The position numbers and the translations under genes are program-made. Shown here in pieces: positions 39,116 through 50,746 of a stretch of DNA of 64,000 bases. Below the pieces are notes generated by a model. It was not told where the DNA came from and searched no databases. It saw nothing but the letters and a program-made list of their open reading frames with translations. Within the stretch, counting starts at the first letter, position 1. Each line of letters opens with the position of its first letter. Origin of the DNA: Podarcis bocagei (taxonomy: Eukaryota); NCBI GenBank assembly GCA_964188305.1, contig OZ076889.1, one strand, 5' to 3'.

Positions 39116-39647
39116 TGCTCATTCTGGGAATTCATCAGTGGTCTGGTAAAATTACTTGATCTGATCCACGTACAATTTTAGGGCTACAACCATATTCCAT
39201 GAGGGTATATTGAAAATAGTGGTCAGCAGGGGGAACAGGGTGCCTGGGGCTTTTAGTATGCAGTAATATTAGTAAGGCTGGCTTTAGATCAGGGGTGGGG
39301 GTCCTGCAGCCAACCAGACGGTGTTTGGCTACAATTCCATTAACCATGTAGGCTGTGACTGATGGGAGTCCAACCACATTTGAAGAGCCACAGCTTACCC
39401 ACCTAGTTTTAGATGCAGTTTATCATTAATGTTTTTAAACATACTTGAACATTCAGAGCAGCAGCTAGACTGACTGTGAGTTCAAGTTCAGAGTATATAT
39501 CTGAGAGGAGCTAGCTTTTAGTTCTATTTAAATACTTTAAAGTTATTTTTCTTCCTTTTTCTTTTTTTGCTTGTTGCCCTGTTGCTCTTTTTTGTTTCCT
39601 TTTGAAATATGTTCAGGATTTGGCTTCACTGTGAATTCTGCGGCTTA

Positions 39648-41332
39648 CCGTATTTTTCGCACCATAGGACGCACTTTTTCCCTCCTAAAAAGCAAGGGAA
39701 AATGTGTGTGCGTCCTATGGAGCGAATGCAGGGGGGGGAGGCAGGTGGGAAAAGCCCCCAAGAGCCGCACACAAGCTCCGTGCGCTCTTGCGGGCTTTTC
39801 CACAGGAGGGAGAAGGGACTGACTGGCCGCATCAGTCCCTTCTCCCACCTCCCAGGAAAGCCAGGAGAAGCCGTGCAGCCCTTTTAAAGTGCGCGCGGCT
39901 TCTGCTGGTTTTGCGGGAGGTGGGGGAATCCCCCCACCTCCCAGAGAAGCCAGGAAAGCCCTGCGCAGCGTCTCCCGGCAAGGAGACGCTGCGCGGGGCT
40001 AAAGGGGAAGGCAAAACAGCGAGCGGGATCCACCCCGCTCGCTGCCTTGCCTTCTTCCCTAGCCAGGAAAGCCCTGCGCAGCGTCTCCCGGCAAGGAGAC
40101 GCTGCGCGGGGCTAAAGGGGAAGGCAAAACAGCGAGCGGGATCCACCCCGCTCGCTGCCTTGCCTTCTTCCCTAGCCAGGAAAGCCCTGCGCAGCGTCTC
40201 CCGGCAAGGAGACGCTGCGCGGGGCTAAAGGGGAAGGCAAAACAGCGAGCGGGATCCACCCCGCTCGCTGCCTTGCCTTCTTCCCTAGCCAGGAAAGCCC
40301 TGCGCAGCGTCTCCCGGCAAGGAGACGCTGCGCGGGGCTAAAGGGGAAGGCAAAACAGCGAGCGGGATCCACTCCGCTCGCTGCCTTGCCTTCTTCCATA
40401 GCCAGGAAAGCCCTGCGCAGCGTCTCCCGGCAAGGAGATGCTGCGCGGGGCTAAAGGGGAAGGCAAAACAGCGAGCGGGATCCACCCCGCTCGCTGCCTT
40501 GCCTTCTTCCCTAGCCAGGAAAGCCCTGCGCAGCGTCTCCCGGCAAGGAGACGCTGCGCGGGGCTAAAGGGGAAGGCAAAACAGCGAGCGGGATCCACCC
40601 CGCTCGCTGCCTTGCCTTCTTCCCTAGCCAGGAAAGCCCTGCGCAGCGTCTCCCGGCAAGGAGACGCTGCGCGGGGCTAAAGGGGAAGGCAAAACAGCGA
40701 GCGGGATCCACTCCGCTCGCTGCCTTGCCTTCTTCCATAGCCAGGAAAGCCCTGCGCAGCGTCTCCCGGCAAGGAGATGCTGCGCGGGGCTAAAGGGGAA
40801 GGCAAAACAGCGAGCGGGATCCACCCCGCTCGCTGCCTTGCCTTCTTCCCTAGCCAGGAAAGCCCTGCGCAGCGTCTCCCGGCAAGGAGACGCTGCGCGG
40901 GGCTAAAGGGGAAGGCAAAACAGCGAGCGGGATCCACTCCGCTCGCTGCCTTGCCTTCTTCCATAGCCAGGAAAGCCCTGCGCAGCGTCTCCCGGCAAGG
41001 AGATGCTGCGCGGGGCTAAAGGGGAAGGCAAAACAGCGAGCGGGATCCATCCCGCTCGCTGCCTTGCCTTCTTCCATAGCTGCGCGCAACCCCTCCGCAA
41101 GGAGAGGCTGCACGGGGCTATGGCTTCTTTAGCGCTGCGCAGCGTCTCCCGGCAAGGAGAGGCTGCATGGGGCTAAAGGGGAAGCCAAAACTTGGCTTGC
41201 TCCATAGCTGCGAGCAACCCCTCCGCTGCTCTCTGGGCCTGGGGGGGGGGAAAAGATTTTTTTCTTGATTTCCCCCCCTAAAAACTGGGTGCGCCCTATG
41301 GTCCGGTGCGCCCTATGGTGCGAAAAATACGG
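39648..41332. mobile_element. Tc2-like non-autonomous element, copy 3, carrying a 113-bp tandem array
   Basis: 27-bp TIRs CCGTATTTTTCGCACCATAGG(A/G)CGCAC (26/27 identical); TA on both sides; lies in a DDX59 intron. Confidence 0.93.
39948..41077. repeat. Tandem array, 10 x 113-bp GC-rich double-hairpin unit
   Basis: Units start at 39948, 40061, 40174, 40287, 40400, 40513, 40626, 40739, 40852, 40965; four variable positions seen; degenerate partial units follow. Confidence 0.97.
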
Positions 41333-41490
41333 TAATTTCCTTTGTTGGAAATCTTGTCTTGTAACTTTTGATTATAAGACAAGCAACAGAATTCTTAATG
41401 TTTAATATTTATTTCTAGTTACATCTTGCACCTTAACAACAAGACAGTTTCAAGGAAGCTGAAATAATGTTTCTATATGCTTTGCATTAG

Positions 41491-41619
41491 GGATTATTTC
41501 AAGGCAAGTATGAAGTTGTCGTAAGCACTGGAGTCCTGGGACGTGGACTTGACCTTGTCAACGTTAAGCTGGTCGTGAATTTTGACATGCCATCAAGTAT
41601 GGATGAATACGTACACCAG
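41491..41619 (+). CDS. DDX59: DDX59 coding exon 6
   Basis: AG|[22 protein letters not shown]...DEYVHQ|GT; 129 nt; motif V. Confidence 0.95.
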
Positions 41620-41976
41620 GTAAATATACTTTTCTGCTGTACTATTTAATTTAATAGTTATTGGTTGCATTTTAACTCTATAAGCTCTGTGAGAAGCATA
41701 CAAAATAATGGAAAAACATTTGATTATCAGTGGTTAACACTGCTACTCTTGAGCAACCTCTGGTGGAATGACTGGTTGTTCATCAGAGTTTCTGGCCCTT
41801 CTGGAAGTTAGCAGAATTTGCTACTTGAGATAAGAGAGGGAGGTTTTCTTACTGTACAGAAACTAAACTTTGATTGTAAACTTTGATAATCTGAGGATTA
41901 CAGCTACCTGAGAGATTCTTTTGGTTTCATGAGACAGATAATTGGGCCAAATTTAAATACAGTTGTTTATTTTCAG

Positions 41977-42240
41977 GTTGGAAGAGCAGGCCGGCTGGGT
42001 CACAGTGGAACTGCAATCACCTTTGTGAATAACAGCAGCAAGAAACTTTTCTGGGATGTTGTGAAGCGTGTTAAACCAACTGGCACTATTCTCCCACCCC
42101 AGTTATTAAATTCCCCATATCTACATGACCAGAAGAGGAAAGAACAGCAGCGAAGTAAACAATCTCAGAATGGCCTTGTAACGAGTGACAATCTTATGGA
42201 CGTTATTAGAAAACACAGCAAAAGCTCTTCTCAGAAGTAA
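41977..42240 (+). CDS. DDX59: DDX59 final coding exon
   Basis: AG|[16 protein letters not shown]...KSSSQK-stop; motif VI; total CDS 1875 nt. Confidence 0.95.
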   Translation, partial: VGRAGRLGHSGTAITFVNNSSKKLFWDVVKRVKPTGTILPPQLLNSPYLHDQKRKEQQRSKQSQNGLVTSDNLMDVIRKHSKSSSQK

Positions 42241-43104
42241 CAAGTGATACTGTCCTTCTAAATACAACTGTTTTGTACAACTTGTACGACTAAGTGATGA
42301 ATTTTTAACTTTGGGGGCGTAATCTAACCAAATTTTAGCATTTTGAAGACTTACTGATTTTGATCGTAGAGTTAAAGCAAAAGCTTAATATTTTTCCTTG
42401 AAATTTAATGGGCCTTCTGCAAGGTTATTAGACTGAAAGAGTGACTTAAGTCGTCCAGCAAGCTTTGTTATGAGAATGCTTTTATACTTCATATTTTGTA
42501 CTCAGTATTAAGTAGTAAAATACGTAACATCATGAACTTTAAACGGAATATGCACATCTTAAAGATCTGGGTTTCCCTTGCAAGAAATGTAACATGTAAT
42601 TCACTGTTATATCACCTTTTGCTATGGGACCCTAAGCAGCATACGTGTGGCAATCGGTTAGCCTCCCATCCATTTACCATCCAGTAACCCAAAAGGTTGT
42701 GGTCTCCTGTCCTTGCAGAGGACAAGTATGATAAGGAGACCAGAGCAAACGTGCTATAGACAAGAGTTGGATATAGCATACCATAAAGATGGTTACTGGG
42801 CACTCAGACCCTTTTAGTTCAGGCAACCAAAATGGCCAGTGCTGAGCACAGCAAGGGTGAAAGAGTTGATTCCGGATGCTCTGTACTTCTTTAAATTTAG
42901 ACCTTGTCCAACTAAGGGAGGTTAGCCATGTGCCTGACAAGCAGAGGGGCTGTGGGGTATGTGACATGCCAGTCTCTTCTGAGTTTGTTTGCTGTGGTGG
43001 TTGGCAAGAGAGCATTGGAGGCATTGAGGAATGTCCAAGAGGAGGGCCAAGGAAAGAATAAGAAAGAGGAGACTCAAGTAAGCCTTCTCGGTAGTCACAC
43101 CCGC

Positions 43105-43298
43105 CCTGTGGAACGCCCTCCCATCAGATGTTAAGGAAATAAACAACTATTTGACTTTTAGAAGACATTTGAAGGCAGCCCTGTTTAGGGAAGTTTTTAA
43201 TTTTTGATGTCGTGTTGTGCTTTAATTCGTTGGAAGCAGCCAAGAGTGGCTGGGGGAGCCCAGTCAGATGGGCGGCAAATAATAATAATAATAATAAT

Positions 43299-43356
<58 letters not shown>

Positions 43357-43362
43357 AATAAA
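43105..43362 (+). mobile_element. L2-type LINE 3' end with an expanded (TAA)n/(TAAA)n tail
   Basis: GAAGGCAGCCCTGTTTAGGGAAG...CAGTCAGATGGGCGG followed by TAA repeats (43278-43362). Confidence 0.7.
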
Positions 43363-43814
43363 AGTCTAACTGTTAGGAAGATCAGTTAAAATATCCCCAT
43401 TTGCAGTCCAGAGGCTTTCCGGGGAAATTGAAGTATAGCTGGATACTTGAAGTTCACTTTCCAGTCAGCCCAGTACTACCCATGGTAAAAATAGGGCCAA
43501 AAATCATTTAAAAAAATAAAATACAAGGCCAGGCAGAATTTATAATACTGGGTTAGATGGTCTGAGCTGCTATAAAGCAGTTTCACATGAAGTGTTCCTT
43601 ATTAGAATGCAGCAATTTCCCTGCCCCTGTTTCAAATCTCTTTAACTTTTTTAAATAATAAAATGTTGGTCATATGGAAGTCCTAATTCAACTGGTCAAA
43701 TGATATCATGAACTCTCATCTGTGAAACCTCATCCCACAAAAAAAGTGTTAGGTCCGGCTTTTTTCAAAATACTCTAATTCTTCTCTTTCGTGATACATT
43801 TTTTCAGATGAGAA

Positions 43815-44520
43815 ATTAATATTTTTTATAAAATATTTTGTAATTAAAGTTTTCAGGTTTTACATTTCTACATTTGCATCTTTCATTATACCCATACATT
43901 CAATAACTTCCCTCCTTCCTCTTCCAAGTTTTTTATTTATTTATCCATAATTCTTGCATATTCTTGTATATCGATCTAAATCAGTTTTTCCCCATTTTAC
44001 ACCCTTTTAAGCATGTTATACTGTTGAATTTACCTTAATACTACCAGGGTTTTCAACTGTGTACAATTATTTTCCACATACTCAACAAAAAAGTTCCACT
44101 CCTCTTTAAATACCTGTTCTTCTTGCTCTCTTATTCTACTTAGACCTGCTAACTCTGCATATTGTTTCACCTTAAATTGCCACTCACCCTCCATTTTGGG
44201 GCTAACAAAATCCGGGCCACTGTTGTCATATACATAAATAGGTTTTTCTGACAATTGGGTACCTCTTCTGAACCATTCCTAACAGGAATGCCTTGGGGGC
44301 TGGGTTGGGGGGAATGTTGTTTTAAACCATTTTTTATCTCATTATATATAATTTCCCAATATTCTTTAACTTTTTTGCATACCCATCACATATGAAAAAA
44401 AGTTCCTTCTGCTTCCTTAGATTTCCAGCACAAATCAGATTCCGATTTGTACAGCTTAGCTAATCTGCTCAGTGTTAAATACTATCTATGAATCAATTTC
44501 ATATAATTTTCCTTCAAATA
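43815..44520 (-). mobile_element. Decayed L1-type LINE ORF2 C-terminus
   Basis: Minus-strand translation gives 'LAKLYKSESDLCWKSKEAEGTFFHM' (degenerate Cys/His knuckle) and 'YAELAGLSRIREQEEQVFKEEWNFF'. Confidence 0.7.
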
Positions 44521-45379
44521 AATTAAATTTGGACACTTAATTGGTCTAAATAAATGCTTTTCCTACATTTTGGGGGTCTTTTTTTAAGCAGAAAATGTCC
44601 ATTGTTCTATTTTTAAAAATGGCAGGGCAAAACTGAAGAGGTTTGGAACAAATGGCAGCTTGAAAATGAAAATGCGTTTATTAACCAAGATGAAACATGG
44701 CTTCATTCATTCATATGTACCGGTAACTTCTTTCAGTTTCAGTCAGATTTAATCTGTAAATCAGATAAATGCAGACAATATTGTTGAATTACCATAGTGA
44801 GAATTTTTTTTTGGGGGGGGGGGTACAGCATACTCTAGTAGGGACTTTAATAATGCATATGAAATTGGTTTCTAGGTTAATTTGGTTATCTTGTTCTTGA
44901 TCATATGTTCACCTTTTGTGTTTTATATATAGAACATAATACAAAGTAAAGACAAGAAGAGTAATGAAACATGGGAGAAACCAAAATGGTAGTAGACCTA
45001 GGCCTGTAGCAGAAAGGAAACGATCATATTCCAAGAGCTCTTCTGTAGGTTTAGACTAGAGGTGCCAACTTGAATAAAATATTAGAGGGGGGGCAAGTAA
45101 CCCGACTGAATAGCTGTACGTGCTGTGGCTGAAAGGTTTGGCTGCATGTTGCTTTGGGCTGCCCTGGGCAAGTGACCGACAAAATTAATAAATAAAATTT
45201 AATAATAATCTCAGCAGGAAAAACTGAGCTGAAAACAAGAAGACTTTCCGTAATGGAGACACAAACAGCACCCGCATCTAGTATCATTTAGTTGAGATTG
45301 CATTTAAGGGGGTTGGACTAGATGACCCTTGGGATCTTTTCCAACTCTCCAATTCTATAATTTAAGAGTGTTTAGATTT

Positions 45380-45750
45380 GCAAGCACGAACGGCACTGCT
45401 TCCCCCCACCTTGCTCCTCTCGGTCTATTAGTGTGGCGGCGGCCCTCCGTTTAATGCTCTTCCCACTAAGAAAGGAGCGGAGTCTTCATTTAAACGCCAC
45501 CCACCCGCTCTGCAAAAGCCGACGGCGCCCTGCCTTCTTCTCCCGCGCATCCGTCACCCCGCAAATGGCCGCAGCTCCGTTGAGAACCGGAGATGTCGCG
45601 AGCAGCCTGGCTTGCTCCGGCTTCCCTCTCGGGACTGCGTGTGACCTCACCGTCCGTCTCAACCAATAGCAGGCGGCGCCGCCTTATTCGAATGGAGAGT
45701 TTAGGAGGCGCCGCAGGAGGATGGGCTGTTGGTCGATCTCCTGAGGACAG
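45380..45750 (+). promoter_or_regulatory. KIF14 CpG promoter and non-coding exon 1 (donor 45750|45751)
   Basis: CpG-rich; CCAAT 45663-45667; GC element; CHR-like TTCGAA 45687-45692; consensus donor CAG|GTGAGT. Confidence 0.75.
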
Positions 45751-46296
45751 GTGAGTCGCTGGACAGGTATCCTTCCTGGACAGGTATCAGCTCTCTCCGA
45801 GAGGTCAGGTCGTCCTTTTCCCCCTGGGTTTCCTGCTTTAAAAATGCGGGACGTGTGGCTTTTTTTTTGGCAGTGGAGAGGGTTGGTCTTCTGCTTCCTG
45901 CCTGTTTAAGAAAGCGGCTCCTTTGCTTCTGCCTACTATTTGATGCGGAGGGAGGACGCTGTTCTTGCAGGGACCAAAAACTAAGCATCGTTTACTTCAA
46001 CGGATATTCTTATTAGTTGCTCTTCCGCCCCGCCCGAAGGCACAAACACTGAGCAGCCCCAAAGGCTTGCTTTTAATCCTTCTCTAAAACTTCGAGCCAG
46101 ATATTTCCTGGTCGCATTCCCTAACCGATTATAAAATTCCCACCTCACCCTGAAATGGAAGAAATATTCACTCTATACACAGACTGTAAACTTCTCTACC
46201 AGGTGGAAAGTACAGTCATTCTCTCTACATACCCCGTTTTTCTTTCCCAATGCTTACTTAAGGTGGCTTTATAGTTTTAAAGCAACAGTAACAAAC

Positions 46297-46297
<1 letters not shown>

Positions 46298-46344
<47 letters not shown>
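46298..46344. repeat. (CA)n microsatellite
   Basis: Direct reading. Confidence 0.95.
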
Positions 46345-46347
<3 letters not shown>

Positions 46348-47683
46348 CCACACAAATTGTATCTTGCTGTTTCAGCTCCCTGCCTGTTGAAACCTGCAGC
46401 AAGCATTTCTATCACCAGAAATAAGTTGCCTGATGGAATTTGCTAGCTTTCCACCTCTCACCTGCAAATCAAGTGTCAGTAGCTAAGCTGAAATGTCTTC
46501 CACCACTTCACCTGGCCAATACTTACTCCACTTTGCACTACCTCCCCCCGCCAGCAGCTGAGGCTGAATATGAACAGGATTTGTATAAGTTTTGAGGTGG
46601 AGAACCTGGATTGGACTGATGGCTGGACGTGGGCAGGAAAAAAATGAGTTCCTCTTGGCAGCTTGACGCCCGTTTTCTCTGGGTAGAGGATTTACATGAG
46701 ATGGGCAGGAAAACATTATTTCCCTTTGGCAACAATATTGCCAAGTAATGGCAAAGGCTGGGTGGGGTTAGACATCAGTGACAGATATTTTAGTAATGCT
46801 GTCTATGGACAGACACAGATCCTGGGAATTTCCTCCCCTCCAGCACCAGCTGTCAAGCACTGATTTAAAGTGATGAAAAAGACCTATGTAAATAATGGCT
46901 TTAAATCAAACCACTATCTTAAAATGTTGAGGCAAGTAGTTTGTGTGACTTTTTGGCACTGTATTATATATACTTAGAAGTAAGAAGCAATGTAACAATG
47001 GCTTTCTGTATGCATACAAGGAAACCAAGCAAGGTAAGATGTCAAAGATCAAGATTCCTATGTTCTGCATTGTAAGCCAAGTACTCTGAACCCTCTTGAA
47101 CAAGTTGTGTTAATGACTGAGCAAAATAATTATCCATGAGATGGAAAGATGCTGTTATGTTTTTAATTCTAAATATTCATAATTTGCTGCAGTACATGTA
47201 ATATATGAAAGTAAGTAAACTATTTTGTTTCTATTTATCCACCTTTACCATAGAAAGGTAGGGATAAATTCAGTTGTCTTTGACAGAGTGATAATTCTGA
47301 GTTTTAAGAGAAGTATAAAATTAATCACTTAAGTTATTTTTTAAATGTGGCATTTTGTGTAAATTGAAGTTTAAACAAAATGAAATTGATACTAAAATAT
47401 CATTTAAAAATCTATTTAAAGTAATTATTTTAAATGTTGATTTATCCATCCTACAAGGAAGACTTTACCTTCAGCATAGGTACGGAAATAGGGTCTAGTA
47501 TATTACCCGCATGACAGTAGTTGAGTATAAATAGAAAATAATAAAGGCTTCTCTTTTTTTAACAGATCCCATAGTGATACATTCTGTGCTGTAGAGAAAA
47601 TAAGATTACAAGTCAAGTATACTCTTCAGGAAGAGCTTGTATGATAGTTTCAGTCCTGCAGTTGCAGCTTGCTTTAGGTCTCA

Positions 47684-48798
47684 ATGCCTATTTATATTGT
47701 TCCTAAGAAAAGCCATATTAGTGCACCTGGTGGATCTTCACAAAAGCATCCTCCAGAAAATGTCATTGCTAGAAACAGGTTTGCACAGACATTTACATCC
47801 CACACACTGGAGAATGAGGGAAGCAATCCTCAGTCACAGTCCCTGAGTAAGACCAAAGAAATAAATACGACCTATGTGCTTTCAGCCTGTAGCAAACTGG
47901 CTGACACTTCAGCTGCTTCTACGACTGAAGGCAGGCTGACACTCCAACGAAGAACTGTGACGAGCAAAGAACAATCTGATACAAATACAACACATGACAG
48001 TGAAAATACACGAGTGGAAAAAAGATTGACGCTGCAGCGCCGAACAAGGACTGCGTCAACTGAGAAGCACAAAACAAATATTCACGAAGCCAGAGCAGAA
48101 AAAGGAGACCCTCTTCCCCAGAAGAGTGGCGAAACATTGTTTCCACCAAAAATTAGCAGCAGTGACCCTCCATTTGTTAAGACTGGCCTTTTGTCACTTC
48201 AAGGCCTCACAGATGGAAAGAGAAATCCTGATATGAAAAGTGATGTACCTTTTAATCAGAATGGTTCAAGTGCTACTGGTAGTTACACACCTTTAAGATA
48301 CAAGACAGTTGTTGGTGATTCTCAGAGTAAAAACAAAGTTCCTAGACCATCATTCTTAACTGTAGGAAAACTTGATGAAAGGACGTCTGTATTAAAACTA
48401 GCTGAAAAGCATAATTCCAGTAAGGAAAATGGAACTGAAAGTCTGCAAAATAGATTTATTAAGAATGAAAATCTGGAAAAGCAGAAGACACCAAGGAAAG
48501 GGTCAACAGAAGGAATGAAATTCACCTCCAGATGTGGAGCTGCTCAGCATGCCAAGACTCCTGCTGCCCCAAGCATAAAGAATAAGATTCTGTGTCCTCA
48601 AACAATATCAGCCAAGAAATCTGGTACTAATGAATTTACTCTAAATAGAAGGTTGCAAGAAAATACCACATATACTCAACAAACTGCTTCACAGAAAGAA
48701 GATACTCTAATGCAGAACATATGTGGTAAAGAAGACCCTTTCAAAATAGAAAACAGCAAAGTGACTGTAGCTGTGCGAATACGACCCTTTAGTGTCAG
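47684..48798 (+). CDS. KIF14: KIF14 coding exon 1 (long N-terminal extension and start of the motor domain)
   Basis: Long ORF ending EDPFKIENSKVTVAVRIRPF; acceptor AG at 47564-5; donor CAG|GTATAT; phase 2. Confidence 0.9.
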
Positions 48799-49974
48799 GT
48801 ATATAACCATTATTTTTTTTTTACTAATATGTGAAATTATACAAGTTGTTACCATGATATTGAGTAGCATAACATGCTCTCCAACCACTTAGATATATTA
48901 CCCAGTTTAATTTCCATTGTGTCTGTATACAAACTGCTGCACTTCTCTTTATTTCCATTGTCCACTTTATAAGGGATCTGTGTGTTCTAACTAAGGCTGA
49001 GACAATTTAACAACTATATGAAATAAATAAAATGGGATGATAGTTGATACTTTGTTAGCTCAGTAGCCCACCTTGCAAGGGAAGCTAATCCAATTCCCTT
49101 TGCATAACTCCATTTTAATAAACCTCAGATTTTGGGGGCAAGAGTATAGTCATATCCAGCACTGTTGTTCCCTTGTGCAGCAGACTTCTAGTTGTGCAAC
49201 AGAACTTGTCATTCCTCTTCCCTGCAGCCCACCATGCATTCACAAAATCTGCTCCAGGGAATTAAAAGACCCTCTGGAGCACAATTTGAGGGCTCACTCA
49301 AGAGGACAGGAAGGGGAAGTCCTGTTGCAAAAGGAACTCTGCATGCACAGTAATGTCCAGCTTTTTGTCCCCCTGTATAAATTTTTTAAAGAAATGCTAT
49401 GCAGCACAGTGGCTTTTGAATTTTTTATCAGTCTTCTGATTTTTAGGCAACAGATCTGCAGATGCTAGCTTACATTTTAGAAACCGGACACTTGCCATGG
49501 AGTTTATATTAGTAGTTAATTTAGTCTTTGATCTTGGAACTATATGTTTTATAAATATATAAATTATTTTCTTTGGCTGATTTACTGTAATCCTGGATTG
49601 GTTTTTGTTACACGTTAGCATTGGATCCTAAACAGTATATTTATGAATTATTTTGATCTAGGTATATTTTGTACATTAGTTCTATGAATGGCTGATGTAG
49701 TATACTGAACTTCAATACAGTCTATCTCTATGCTAACATTTTACATATAATGAAATTTCAAAAACCTTTAAGGAGAAAATTCATATAGAAAATTCATATG
49801 GCTGATGCACAATTAACCTGAAGACTGCCACATATTATAATGATTTAGTTACAACATCAATTAGACAATTTAGATTAAATTTGGTTTATAAGATCAGTTA
49901 CAAAGCTGAATGTGTTCAGTGTTTTGTCGTCCCTCGCCCCCTATAACTAACATTTCTTTTGTGCCTTTATTCAG

Positions 49975-50226
49975 AGATAAGAATGAAGAAACATTACAAG
50001 TGGTTTCCATGACAGGGCAAGAGACTGTTGTGCACCATCCAAATACAAAACAAATCTACAGTTTCACTTTTGACTTCTCATTCTGGTCTTTTGATAAATG
50101 TCAGAATTTTGCAAGCCAAGAGATGGTGTATCAGTCTCTGGCAGTACCTCTCCTAGAAAGAGCCTTTGAAGGATACAACACCTGCCTTTTTGCATATGGA
50201 CAGACTGGTTCTGGAAAGTCATACAC
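49975..50226 (+). CDS. KIF14: KIF14 coding exon 2
   Basis: FTFDFSFWS...[19 protein letters not shown] (P-loop); AG/GT bounded. Confidence 0.95.
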
Positions 50227-50594
50227 GTAAGTTGGACTGGAAGTGTTCCATTTCTGCTGCTGTTGTTGACACCCAATACATGTCATATCCAGATGCTTTT
50301 TTGTCATATGTTTGTTTCTTAAGTGAATGAGATTATTATTGAAATGGAAGACTGACGTGAATGAAGCCAAACTAACAGTACAGAGAACATTTTGTTTGAA
50401 TCTCTCTGAAGAAAATTATGGTATGTTTTAAACAGAAAAACCACCTATCTTCAGGACTGTGATTATCTAGTGCTTTAGGGTAACAGTAACTAAAAGACTA
50501 AGATCCAAAGCAGGAATTTCCTTGTTCAGATCTCATGTATGCTGTTAAGTCACTAGGCTCATAGGAAGCTCTCTTATACCAAGACAGATCATTC

Positions 50595-50746
50595 CGGTGT
50601 TTCCCAAACTAGCTGGAAAGCTGGAAAACTAGTCTAGCTGTTTTTGGACTACAGTTCCCATTATCCATGACCACTGGTCCTACTAGCTAGGGATGATGGG
50701 AGTTGTAGTCCCAAAACAGCTGGAGACCCAAGTTTGGGAAACACTG
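50595..50746. mobile_element. Short palindromic hAT-Charlie-type MITE inserted into a reversed SINE
   Basis: CGGTGTTTCCCAAACT ... AGTTTGGGAAACACTG termini; core shared with the copies at 12358 and 20210. Confidence 0.8.

Noticed and set aside
39948-41077. CRISPR-like array
   Set aside because: Units are contiguous and near-identical with no unique spacers; the context is a eukaryotic intron with no cas genes.
39704-41113. Many repeated 65-174 aa ORFs on both strands
   Set aside because: By-products of a GC-rich 113-bp repeat whose length is not a multiple of 3; no recognisable domain.
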